Virus record (IMG/VR): IMGVR_UViG_3300025889_000121
Location: 1 to 61,938 of that record
Strand: one strand, 5' to 3'
DNA length: 61,938 bases
Source: a virus
Taxonomy: Duplodnaviria; Caudoviricetes
Each line of letters begins with the position of its first letter. The stretch's first letter is position 1. The notes below the pieces were generated by a model. That model had not been told where the DNA came from. It saw nothing but the letters and a program-made list of their open reading frames with translations, and ran no database searches. The position numbers were made by a program, and so were the translations under genes. Positions 16,193 through 25,330 of the stretch are shown here, one piece after another.

Positions 16193-16774
16193 ATGCCTAT
16201 TTTAGTCACACCAGAGACGGGTTATCCGCTTCCTGACGATTTTGACGCGGAAACTCCCACGACTTTTAAAAAGAAAGTTGAGATTGCATCTAAAACGGCA
16301 AAAGTTTTAGAAGATGCGGGGGCTGAAATACCTACAAGCACACAAGAACGCATAGAAGCTGAAGATTTATTTAAAGCTTTTACAGATCCAGAACAAAAAA
16401 CCTCACTAAATGCTATAACAAAGAAAGCATTAGAGACTCCAGCCACAGTTCAACACCTATATAAACTGCTAAACGACTACGACCATCAAGTTGTAGAGGA
16501 AGCCGTGCAGTTACGTAGGTTTGTAACTAACAAATTAATAGAAGATGCCGACCATCCTGACGCAAGACACCGACTAAAAGCACTTGAGCTGCTTGGTAAG
16601 GTTTCTGATGTTGGGCTATTCAGTGAAAAAACAGAAGTTGTAGTTAAAAACGCCGCTCCTGAAGATTTAGAAAACCAAATCAAGAGTAAATTATTTAAAC
16701 TTATAGGTACTGGGCGTACAATAGACGCTTCGTTTGAAGATTTGGGTACTATTTCTGAAGAAGACGAAGAATGA
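16193..16774 (+). CDS. terS: Terminase small subunit (putative)
   Basis: Directly upstream of and overlapping terL; RLKALELLGK motif. Confidence 0.7.
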   Translation: MPILVTPETGYPLPDDFDAETPTTFKKKVEIASKTAKVLEDAGAEIPTSTQERIEAEDLFKAFTDPEQKTSLNAITKKALETPATVQHLYKLLNDYDHQVVEEAVQLRRFVTNKLIEDADHPDARHRLKALELLGKVSDVGLFSEKTEVVVKNAAPEDLENQIKSKLFKLIGTGRTIDASFEDLGTISEEDEE

Positions 16775-18315
16775 GCATAGATATTAGGGGGGTATCCACA
16801 CAAGAACTACAGCTTGCGCTAAGTAAAGTAGGTTCACTTCCTAAAAGTGAACAGATTGAACTGCATAAAATGTTAGAAAAGCTAGAAGAGCTGCAGAAGA
16901 TAGAAAAAAGCCAGACAACTTTTCTAGATTTTGTTAAAAATGTCTATCCTGGGTATAAGGTGGGCCCGCATCATGAAAAATTGGCGAAAATCTTTGAGGA
17001 CGTGGCTAACGGAGTTAAAAAAAGAGTCATTGTCAACATCGCACCAAGACACGGCAAGTCAGAACTCATCTCTTACCTGGCGCCAGCGTGGTTTTTGGGT
17101 AAGTATCCTGAAAAGAAAGTTATTATGGCCTCTCACACGGCGGATCTTGCGGTTAATTTTGGTCGTCGAGTCAGAAATTTGGTGGGTTCAGACGCTTATA
17201 AGGACATCTTCCCTGGGGTTTCATTGCAGGCTGATAGCAAGTCAGCATCGCGTTGGGGTACGAATTATAATGGCGAGTATTTTGCTATTGGTGTTGGTGG
17301 TGCTTTGGCTGGTCGTGGTGCAGATTTATTCATCATCGATGATCCACATTCAGAACAAGACGCCAAACTTGGAAAACCAGAAGTCTTCTTACCAGCATGG
17401 GAGTGGTTTCAATCAGGCCCTATACAGAGGCTCATGCCAGGAGGTGCTATTATTGTCGTTATGACACGTTGGTCAAAACTAGATCTAACAGGTCAAATAG
17501 TTAACCAAATGGTAAAGAATGAAGAGGTTGACGAATGGGAAGTTGTTGAATTTCCAGCAATAATAGATAATCAGTCAGGAGAAGAAACAGCACTGTGGCC
17601 AGAGTTTTGGCCGCTAGAGGAACTAAAGGCTAAGAAAGCCGCACTAGATGTTAGGTATTGGAATGCACAATATATGCAGAATCCAACCTCAGAGGAGGGT
17701 GCGCTTATAAAAAGGGAGTGGTGGCAGATATGGGAGAAGGAGAAACCGCCATCTTGTGAGTTTATAATCATGGCGTTAGACGCGGCGCAAGAAGCTAATA
17801 CTCGAGCTGACTTCAATGCGTTAACTACGTGGGGTGTATTTTTTAACGAAGAAACAGATAATTATAATATAATATTACTTGATGCAATAAAACAGAGAAT
17901 GGAATTCCCAGAGTTAAAGCAACTTTGCATCGAAGAATATAAAGAATGGGAACCCGATGCTTTTATTGTTGAAAAGAAATCTAATGGGGCTGCACTCTAC
18001 CAAGAGTTCAGAAGGATGGGTATACCCGTCGGCGAATTTACACCGGGTAAAGGGCAAGACAAGATTAGCCGCGTTAACTCCGTTAGTGATCTTTTTAACA
18101 GTGGCATAGTTTGGGCTCCTGACAGAAGATGGGCAAAAGAAGTTATTGAAGAATGTAACGACTTTCCATCTGGTGCTAATGATGACTTAGTTGACTCAAC
18201 GACATTGGCGCTGGCTAGGTTTAGACAAGGTGGATTTATTAGATTACCTTCTGATGAAGAGGACGATATTCAATATTTTAGAAGCGCAAGTCAAAAAAGG
18301 CACTATGCAATTTAA
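16771..18315 (+). CDS. terL: Terminase large subunit
   Basis: Walker A APRHGKS, Walker B FIIDD, MTRW, nuclease LDAA and NDDLVD. Confidence 0.95.
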   Translation: MSIDIRGVSTQELQLALSKVGSLPKSEQIELHKMLEKLEELQKIEKSQTTFLDFVKNVYPGYKVGPHHEKLAKIFEDVANGVKKRVIVNIAPRHGKSELISYLAPAWFLGKYPEKKVIMASHTADLAVNFGRRVRNLVGSDAYKDIFPGVSLQADSKSASRWGTNYNGEYFAIGVGGALAGRGADLFIIDDPHSEQDAKLGKPEVFLPAWEWFQSGPIQRLMPGGAIIVVMTRWSKLDLTGQIVNQMVKNEEVDEWEVVEFPAIIDNQSGEETALWPEFWPLEELKAKKAALDVRYWNAQYMQNPTSEEGALIKREWWQIWEKEKPPSCEFIIMALDAAQEANTRADFNALTTWGVFFNEETDNYNIILLDAIKQRMEFPELKQLCIEEYKEWEPDAFIVEKKSNGAALYQEFRRMGIPVGEFTPGKGQDKISRVNSVSDLFNSGIVWAPDRRWAKEVIEECNDFPSGANDDLVDSTTLALARFRQGGFIRLPSDEEDDIQYFRSASQKRHYAI

Positions 18316-18324
18316 GGAAAAATT

Positions 18325-20784
18325 ATGGCACAAGATATAAATAATGTAGATAAAGGGTTGTACGCTGCTCCTCAAGGTATGGAAGAGTTGGCAGAAATGG
18401 AACCTGATTTAGAAATTGAAATAGAAGACCCAGAAGAAGTTACTATACGGGCAGGGGGTATGGAGATTGAAATTGATCCTGATCGAATGGCAGATGATGA
18501 GTTTAATAAAAACTTAGCTGAAGACATCGATGAAGCTGATTTAGAAAATCTAGCAAGTGATCTTATTGAAGATTATGAAGGTGATGTAAGTTCTCGTAAA
18601 GATTGGCTAGATACATATGTTGACGGTTTAGAGTTGTTAGGATTAAAACTAGAAGACAGATCTGAACCGTGGGAAGGTGCATGCAATGTATACCATCCAT
18701 TAATGACAGAAGCTCTTGTCAAATTCCAAGCGGAGACTATGACAGAAACATTCCCCGCTGCAGGCCCAGTCAAAACACAAATTATAGGTAAAGAAACTCC
18801 AGAGAATAAAGAAGCCGCTGCTCGTGTTCAAGAGAACATGAACTTTCAACTTACAGATCGTATGGTTGAGTACAGACCTGAACATGAAAGAATGTTGTGG
18901 GGTTTAGGTTTAGCAGGTAACGCATTTAAAAAAGTTTATTATGATCTAAGCTTAGAGCGACAAGTCGCTATGTACGTTCCAGCTGAAGACATCGTAGTGC
19001 CATACGGTGCTTCAGACTTGGAATCTGCAGAGCGTGTTACTCATGTTATGCGTAAGACACAGAATGAGTTACGCAAACTACAAGTAGGTGGGTTTTACTT
19101 AGATATTGATTTAGGTGAACCTACTTATGACTTAGATGAAGTAGAAAAACGTATTGCAGAGAAGATGGGTTTTAGCGCAAGCACTGATAGTCGCTGGAAG
19201 ATTCTTGAGATGCATGTTGATCTTGATTTAGAAGGTTATGAAGATAAAAAAGATGGTAAGCCTACAGGTATTGCTTTACCTTATGTTGTAACCATTGAAA
19301 AATCTACATCAACTATTTTAGCAATTAGACGTAACTGGAATCCTGATGATGATACTAAACAGAAGCGTCAACACTTTGTGCATTATGGATATGTGCCAGG
19401 ATTTGGTTTTTACTGTTTTGGTTTAATTCATTTAATAGGCGCGTTTGCAAAATCAGGCACAATGATATTACGACAATTGGTAGACGCGGGTACATTATCT
19501 AATCTCCCAGGTGGTTTTAAATCTAGAGGTCTGCGTATTAAAGGTGATGATACTCCAATTTCACCAGCAGAGTTCCGTGATGTTGATGTTCCTTCTGGAA
19601 CTATCCGAGATAATATTTTACCGCTCCCTTATAAAGAACCTTCACAAGTTCTTAATCAATTAATGAATCAGATTATTGAAGAAGGTAGACGCTTTGCTTC
19701 AGCAGCTGATTTAAAAGTTTCAGATATGTCGTCTCAAGCACCTGTTGGTACAACACTTGCTATTTTAGAACGTACACTAAAAGTAATGTCTGCAGTACAA
19801 GCTCGCATTCATTATGCAATGAAGCAAGAATTTAAATTGCTTAAAACTATCATAAAAGACTATACCCCTGCAGACTACTCATACGAGCCAGCAACAGGTT
19901 CAAGAGAAGCTAAACGTGGTGATTATGATATGGTTGAAGTTATTCCTGTATCTGATCCTAATGCTGCAACAATGTCGCAGAAAGTTGTGCAATACCAAGC
20001 TGTTATGCAACTAGCACAACAAAACCCAGACATTTATGACAGAGTAGAACTAAATAGACAGATGTTAAATGTTCTTGGTGTTAAGAACGCAGAAAAACTT
20101 ATACCTAATCAAGAAGACATGAAACCAGCAGACCCTGTTTCAGAAAATATGAACATATTAAATAATAAACCTGTCAAAGCTTTCATTTATCAAGATCATG
20201 ATGCTCATTTACAAGTGCATTTAAACTTTATGAATGATCCTAAAATAAGAGCGCTAGTTGGACAAAGCCCTAATGCTCAAGTAGTTCAAGGAGCTGTCGA
20301 AGCTCATATAGCAGAACACTTAGCCTTTGAATATAGACGTCAGATTGAAGAACAACTAGGTGCTGATTTACCACAACCTAATGAAATAATGCCAGAAGAA
20401 CTTGAGCTCAATATATCTAGGCTTGCTGCTCAAGCTAGTGCCAAGTTGCTACAAAAAGATCAAGCTGAAATGGCTCAACAACAAGCTCAACAACAGCAAC
20501 AAGATCCGCTTATTCAAATGCAACAAAAAGAATTACAACTTAAAGAGCTTGAAATTCAAGGGCGTAATCAAAAACTTCAGGCTGATACAGCAATTGATCA
20601 AGCTAAACTTGAACTTGAGAAAATGCGTATGGATTCTCAAGAACGTATTGCTGGAGCTAAAATTGGCGTTGAAGCACAAAAACAAAAAGCAGAGATTGCA
20701 TCTAAAGAGTTTTTAGAAGGAACTAAATTAGGTGTTCAAGCTGTTCAAAATAAAGAGATGCAACAATCTACGAAAGGGGAATAG
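18325..20784 (+). CDS. Portal protein (P22-like, long Q-rich barrel)
   Basis: Follows terL; 819 aa; C-terminal Gln-rich coiled coil. Confidence 0.9.
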   Translation: MAQDINNVDKGLYAAPQGMEELAEMEPDLEIEIEDPEEVTIRAGGMEIEIDPDRMADDEFNKNLAEDIDEADLENLASDLIEDYEGDVSSRKDWLDTYVDGLELLGLKLEDRSEPWEGACNVYHPLMTEALVKFQAETMTETFPAAGPVKTQIIGKETPENKEAAARVQENMNFQLTDRMVEYRPEHERMLWGLGLAGNAFKKVYYDLSLERQVAMYVPAEDIVVPYGASDLESAERVTHVMRKTQNELRKLQVGGFYLDIDLGEPTYDLDEVEKRIAEKMGFSASTDSRWKILEMHVDLDLEGYEDKKDGKPTGIALPYVVTIEKSTSTILAIRRNWNPDDDTKQKRQHFVHYGYVPGFGFYCFGLIHLIGAFAKSGTMILRQLVDAGTLSNLPGGFKSRGLRIKGDDTPISPAEFRDVDVPSGTIRDNILPLPYKEPSQVLNQLMNQIIEEGRRFASAADLKVSDMSSQAPVGTTLAILERTLKVMSAVQARIHYAMKQEFKLLKTIIKDYTPADYSYEPATGSREAKRGDYDMVEVIPVSDPNAATMSQKVVQYQAVMQLAQQNPDIYDRVELNRQMLNVLGVKNAEKLIPNQEDMKPADPVSENMNILNNKPVKAFIYQDHDAHLQVHLNFMNDPKIRALVGQSPNAQVVQGAVEAHIAEHLAFEYRRQIEEQLGADLPQPNEIMPEELELNISRLAAQASAKLLQKDQAEMAQQQAQQQQQDPLIQMQQKELQLKELEIQGRNQKLQADTAIDQAKLELEKMRMDSQERIAGAKIGVEAQKQKAEIASKEFLEGTKLGVQAVQNKEMQQSTKGE

Positions 20785-20982
20785 ATGAATGTAGAAGAAT
20801 TCAAAGTTATTAGACAAAAAATTGCAGAAGAACGCTCTATTTTTGTTGATGACTTAGCAACTGGCAGAGCTGACACACATGCAGGCTATATGCACTCTTG
20901 TGGTGTCATTAAAGGCTTTGACATAATCGACGGGTTGATTGCAGACCTGCAAAAAAATATAGAAAGGGACAACGATGAGTGA
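20785..20982 (+). CDS. Hypothetical protein
   Basis: Coupled ORF between portal and GroES. Confidence 0.75.
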   Translation: MNVEEFKVIRQKIAEERSIFVDDLATGRADTHAGYMHSCGVIKGFDIIDGLIADLQKNIERDNDE

Positions 20983-21403
20983 AATCGCAACACTTAAAAA
21001 AGATATTGTCACGCTTGACGGCAAACCAATTAGTAGTAAAAAGGAGGAAGCTCCTGCAGAAGAACAAAAACCCACTCAATTACCTGAAGTCAAAGGCTAT
21101 CGCATTTTATGTGCGGTTCCTGTCGTAGATGAAAAGTACCAAAGTGGAATACTTAAATCAGACAAAACTAAAAACATAGAAGAACATTCAACTGTTGTTT
21201 TGTTTGTAATTAAATTGGGAAATATGGCTTATGCAGATAAGGATAGATTTCCAACAGGGCCCTGGTGTAAAGAAGGAGACTTTGTAATCACTAGAGCATA
21301 TTCTGGAACTCGTATCAAAATACATGGTAAAGAGTTTCGCATTATAAACGATGATACCGTAGAAGCAGTAGTAGACGATCCTCGTGGATATGAAAGAGCG
21401 TAA
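20975..21403 (+). CDS. groES: Co-chaperonin GroES-like protein
   Basis: P..GYRIL...SGIL...WCKEGDFV...YSGTRIKIHGKEFRIINDD. Confidence 0.9.
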   Translation: MSEIATLKKDIVTLDGKPISSKKEEAPAEEQKPTQLPEVKGYRILCAVPVVDEKYQSGILKSDKTKNIEEHSTVVLFVIKLGNMAYADKDRFPTGPWCKEGDFVITRAYSGTRIKIHGKEFRIINDDTVEAVVDDPRGYERA

Positions 21404-21938
21404 AAGGTATTCAGAATTTAGTGAATATGAAAAAAGGCTCTCAAGAGCTAGAAGTAAAAAATATTATTATAAGCATAAAGAAAAAATAAATGCTAAACAC
21501 AGAGCAACTCCTGTGTCAGACAAACAAAAACTGGCTAAACAAAAATGGGAGAAAACTGAAAAAGGCAGACTTTATAGAGCTTATGTAAGAATTAAACGAA
21601 AGACACTTTTAAATAATTTAACTGAGTTGGATGAGTTTTGTTTAAAAGAAGCATATCGTTTGTGTAAACTGCGAGAAAAACAAACGAAAATAAAATGGGA
21701 AATAGACCATATAGTTCCTGTTTCAAAAGGTGGTACTAATAAGTATCACAATATACAAGTTGTTCCTGCAGTTTGGAACAGACGCAAATATAACTTAAAC
21801 ACTAGTCTTTGGATTAGTGCAAATCAAGGAGATATGAGATGGCAGAAATCATTAACGAGATTCCTGACGAGCTTAAGGATGAAGACGAAAGTCAAGAAAT
21901 TGAGCTTAAGGATGAAGGAAAAGAGCCTGAAGAAGTAG
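21384..21938 (+). CDS. HNH homing-endonuclease-like protein
   Basis: WEIDHIVPVSKGGTNKYHNIQVVPAVWNRRK; basic N-terminus; overlaps both neighbours. Confidence 0.85.
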   Translation: MDMKERKRYSEFSEYEKRLSRARSKKYYYKHKEKINAKHRATPVSDKQKLAKQKWEKTEKGRLYRAYVRIKRKTLLNNLTELDEFCLKEAYRLCKLREKQTKIKWEIDHIVPVSKGGTNKYHNIQVVPAVWNRRKYNLNTSLWISANQGDMRWQKSLTRFLTSLRMKTKVKKLSLRMKEKSLKK

Positions 21939-22882
21939 AAGTCGAGGCTAAAGAAAAATCTAAAAAAGAAGTTAAGCCTAAACAAGAAGAACTAGATTTT
22001 GATATTGAGATAGAGGACGATACACCTCCTCAAGACAGAAATAGAGAACCTCTTCCTGAAAATATAAAAGAAGAGCTAGAAGCTGACGATTTAGAAGACT
22101 ATTCTGAAAGAGTTAAAAACAGAATGGCTCAACTAAAAAAAGCTTGGCACGATGAAAGACGTGCTAAAGAAGCTGAAACTCGTGAAAGAGAAGAAGCTTT
22201 TAAAATGGCTCAACGTTATATGGAAGAAAATAAAAAGCTTAAAAAGACTCTTTCAACTGGAGAAGAAGATTATCTTAAAACTCTTAGAGAAAAGTATGAG
22301 TCTGATTTAGCTGTTGCTAAAAAAGAATATAGAGAAGCTTATGATTCTGGCGATGCTGACAGAATGATGGAAGCTCAAGATAAATTATCTGAGGCACAAT
22401 TTAAGTTACACAACGCTAACGGAATGAAACCTCAATATTCCTCTTTACAAGAGGAAGAAAATAGTGTACAAATACAAGAAAATACTAATCAGCAAAATTC
22501 GTTTAAACCGGATCAAAAAGCATTAAGCTGGCAACAGAAAAATGTGTGGTTTGGTAAAGATGAAGAAATGACTAGCTTAGCGCTAGGGCTGCATGAAAAG
22601 CTTGTTAGATCAGGAGTTAATCCTGCTTCTGACGAATACTATCGTCGTATAGATGAAACGATGCATAAACGCTTCCCAGAATATTTCGGGGATGATACTG
22701 AATCGATTGGGGAAGAAAAACCTCAACGCAAACCCTCAACTGTTGTTGCTCCAGCAACGCGGTCAACTGGTCCTAAAAAAATCAGGTTGACTAAGACACA
22801 GTTAGCTTTAGCAAAGAAATTCAAGCTAACTCCAGAGCAATATGCACGCGAATTAATTAAAACGGAGAACGCAAATGGTTAA
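21839..22882 (+). CDS. Capsid scaffolding protein (putative)
   Basis: Acidic N-terminus, coiled coil, NVWFG, C-terminal LTPEQYA; upstream of capsid genes. Confidence 0.75.
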   Translation: MAEIINEIPDELKDEDESQEIELKDEGKEPEEVEVEAKEKSKKEVKPKQEELDFDIEIEDDTPPQDRNREPLPENIKEELEADDLEDYSERVKNRMAQLKKAWHDERRAKEAETREREEAFKMAQRYMEENKKLKKTLSTGEEDYLKTLREKYESDLAVAKKEYREAYDSGDADRMMEAQDKLSEAQFKLHNANGMKPQYSSLQEEENSVQIQENTNQQNSFKPDQKALSWQQKNVWFGKDEEMTSLALGLHEKLVRSGVNPASDEYYRRIDETMHKRFPEYFGDDTESIGEEKPQRKPSTVVAPATRSTGPKKIRLTKTQLALAKKFKLTPEQYARELIKTENANG

Positions 22883-23321
22883 AAGACAAGATAGAGAACT
22901 AGAAGTACGTGAAGAAACTGAAGTTCGTAATAAACAATGGGCTCCCCCATCATTGCTACCTGAAGTTAAAAAACAACCAGGCTGGGCATATAGATGGATT
23001 AGGATCTCACTTGCTAACGATGCTGATAACCTAAATGTGTCTACCCGTATGCGTGAAGGCTGGGAACCTGTGAAACATTCAGATCACCCAGAAGTAAATA
23101 TACCGGCAAATCCTGATTCAAGATTTAAAGATGCAATTGAAATCGGTGGTTTGCTACTTTGTAAAATGCCTCAAGAAATGGTAGATCAGAGAAATGCTTA
23201 TTATCAACAAAAAGCTAAGGATCAAGAAACAGCTGTTGATAATAACTTAATGAGACAGAATGATCCTAGAATGCCTTTGTTCTCTGATAAAAAATCTACT
23301 ACTTCTTTTGGAAAAGGTTAA
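22875..23321 (+). CDS. Conserved head-module protein
   Basis: PGWAYRWIR...REGWEPV...GGLLLCKMP. Confidence 0.75.
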   Translation: MVKRQDRELEVREETEVRNKQWAPPSLLPEVKKQPGWAYRWIRISLANDADNLNVSTRMREGWEPVKHSDHPEVNIPANPDSRFKDAIEIGGLLLCKMPQEMVDQRNAYYQQKAKDQETAVDNNLMRQNDPRMPLFSDKKSTTSFGKG

Positions 23322-23346
23322 AAATATTCTTTAAGGAGAAAATATT

Positions 23347-23937
23347 ATGGCAGCTTACGGATTAAAACCTGTACAGCGTGTTGATGGTATGCCCTATGCG
23401 GGCGCAACCAGGCTATATAAAATTGACCCTGCTGGTGAAGCAACTAACTTGTTCTATGGACAGGTTGTTAACATCGGCGCGGACGGTTATATTGCTTTAG
23501 CAACAGCCACTGGTGCAGACGCTACTACGAACAACTTAGGTGGTTCAGGCGTTGGTGCTATTGGTGTTTTTGTTGGTTGTGAATATGTCAACGCACAGGG
23601 TCAAGTTATATACGACCAATATTATCCATCAGGCACTGCTAATGGTGGTGACATTGTGGCGTATGTTGTAGATGACCCAAATGCATTATTTCAAGCAGAA
23701 TTAGATGAGACTGCTACGCAAACAATGGTTGGTACTAACACCACTTTTGCTACAGCGCAAACTACTTCTACTGGTTCTACCACTACTGGTGTATCTAACT
23801 CTCAGTTAGACGCAACAGTTGCTACTACAGCTAAAGCATTTAAAATTGTTGCTCTAGCTCCAGATGTATCAACTGCAGCAGTGTTAGTTAAGTTTAACCC
23901 AAGTTTCCATCGCTTCACAAGTGATGCTGGCTTATAA
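23347..23937 (+). CDS. Capsid decoration / minor capsid protein (putative)
   Basis: Immediately upstream of MCP; YGLKPV, GVFVGCEY, VVDDPN. Confidence 0.65.
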   Translation: MAAYGLKPVQRVDGMPYAGATRLYKIDPAGEATNLFYGQVVNIGADGYIALATATGADATTNNLGGSGVGAIGVFVGCEYVNAQGQVIYDQYYPSGTANGGDIVAYVVDDPNALFQAELDETATQTMVGTNTTFATAQTTSTGSTTTGVSNSQLDATVATTAKAFKIVALAPDVSTAAVLVKFNPSFHRFTSDAGL

Positions 23938-23949
23938 GGAGAATAAATC

Positions 23950-24861
23950 ATGGCAATTTCAAGAGCGCAGTTATTAAAAGAATTGCTCCCTGGCCTTAAT
24001 GCTTTATTCGGAATGGAATACCAGCGTTATGGCGAAGAGCACAAAGAGATCTACGAGTCTGAAACTTCAGAAAGATCCTTTGAAGAAGAAACAAAACTAT
24101 CAGGCTTTGGTAATGCACCTGTTAAAGGAGAAGGTTCTGCCATCTCTTATGACAATGCTCAAGAAGCTTGGACAGCTAGATACAACCACGAAACCATTGC
24201 TTTAGGTTTCTCACTAACAGAAGAAGCTGTTGAAGATAACCTCTACGACACTTTATCTGCTCGTTACACTAAAGCATTAGCACGTTCAATGGCTAACACT
24301 AAACAAGTGAAAGCTGCTAACGTTCTTAACAACGGTTTTAGTGGTAGTTATGTAGGTGGTGATGGCAAAGCTTTATTTGCTACAGATCACCCTCTAGTAA
24401 ATGGTGGTACTAACAGTAATACACAGGCAGTTGCTGCCGACTTAAACGAAACTTCATTAGAAAATGCTGTGATTCAAATCGCAGGATGGACAGATGAAAG
24501 AGGTTTATTAATTGCTGCTAAACCACGTAAATTAGTAATCCCACCAAACTTGCAATTCGTTGCAACTCGTTTATTAGATACTGAACAACGTGTCGGTACT
24601 GCTGATAACGACATCAACGCGATCAAGTCAAATGGTGCGATTCCAGAAGGCTATGCTATCAATCATTTCTTGACTGATACAGATGGATACTTCTTAACAA
24701 CCGATGTACCTAATGGTATGAAACATTTTGTTCGTACTCCATTAACTACATCAATGGACGGCGACTTCGACACAGGTAACGTACGTTACAAAGCTCGTGA
24801 GCGTTATTCATTTGGTTGGTCAGATCCCCTCGGCATGTGGGGCTCTCAAGGTGCTGCTTAA
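23950..24861 (+). CDS. Major capsid protein
   Basis: MAISRAQLLKELLPGLNALFG...DGKALFATDHP...YKARERYSFGWSDP; strong RBS; terminator follows. Confidence 0.9.
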   Translation: MAISRAQLLKELLPGLNALFGMEYQRYGEEHKEIYESETSERSFEEETKLSGFGNAPVKGEGSAISYDNAQEAWTARYNHETIALGFSLTEEAVEDNLYDTLSARYTKALARSMANTKQVKAANVLNNGFSGSYVGGDGKALFATDHPLVNGGTNSNTQAVAADLNETSLENAVIQIAGWTDERGLLIAAKPRKLVIPPNLQFVATRLLDTEQRVGTADNDINAIKSNGAIPEGYAINHFLTDTDGYFLTTDVPNGMKHFVRTPLTTSMDGDFDTGNVRYKARERYSFGWSDPLGMWGSQGAA

Positions 24862-24881
24862 TTTGTAAGCGCACTCCTCCT

Positions 24882-24917
24882 GAAAAACCCAGCTCCCTCT
24901 CGGCTGGGTTTTTCTTT
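24882..24917 (+). terminator. Rho-independent terminator after MCP
   Basis: GAAAAACCCAGC/GCTGGGTTTTTC inverted repeat. Confidence 0.85.
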
Positions 24918-24961
24918 ACCTAAAACTCATACATTTCATTAGATACTTTAATACTATCCTT

Positions 24962-24998
24962 TGTTACTATACGTCTAACTGTATTACATGTAATACAG
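24962..24998 (+). promoter_or_regulatory. Extended -10 promoter and perfect 20-bp palindrome upstream of pqqA
   Basis: TGtTACTAT at 24962-24970; CTGTATTACATGTAATACAG at 24979-24998. Confidence 0.55.
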
Positions 24999-25022
24999 AA
25001 TCTAAACTTAAGGAGAAACATT

Positions 25023-25094
25023 ATGTGGACTAAACCAGCAGCTACAGAAATGAGATTTGGCTTTGAAGTAACTATGTACGTATGCAACAAGTAA
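25023..25094 (+). CDS. pqqA: Pyrroloquinoline quinone precursor peptide PqqA (23 aa)
   Basis: [23 protein letters not shown]: canonical MWxKP...R.G.EVTMY with the ExxxY core; AAGGAGA RBS; below the ORF-track length cutoff. Confidence 0.95.
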   Translation: MWTKPAATEMRFGFEVTMYVCNK

Positions 25095-25188
25095 GTATAT
25101 AATTTAAAAACTTATTATCTATTCGGTACGGTGGCTAGGAAACAGCCTGAACCGTTTAAAAGGGGTAATATTTTAAAAGCACCACATT

Positions 25189-25211
25189 AAGAGGCCTAGC
25201 GCCTCTTTTTT
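25189..25211 (+). terminator. Terminator of the pqqA cassette
   Basis: AAGAGGC-ctagc-GCCTCTT followed by T-run. Confidence 0.8.
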
Positions 25212-25212
25212 G

Positions 25213-25241
25213 TTGTATAATTACATGAAATAGCGTATGAT
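25213..25241 (+). promoter_or_regulatory. Sigma70-type promoter
   Basis: TTGTAT-17 bp-TATGAT. Confidence 0.55.
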
Positions 25242-25250
25242 TTTATTTAT

Positions 25251-25322
25251 CTGGGAACATCCAGCTTATCAGACTGCCCCAGCAGACGCATACACGACGG
25301 ATAAGCTTAACTTTGTATGGAG
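25251..25322 (+). ncRNA. Candidate structured 5' leader with two potential pseudoknots
   Basis: Stem AGCTTATC/GATAAGCT, inner CTGC/GCAG hairpin, CTGGG:CCCAG and CATACA:TGTATG pairings, the last abutting the GGAG RBS. Confidence 0.5.
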
Positions 25323-25330
25323 AAATCAAA

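Noticed and set aside
24979-24998. LexA SOS box
   Set aside because: CTGT-N12-ACAG rather than the N8 spacing
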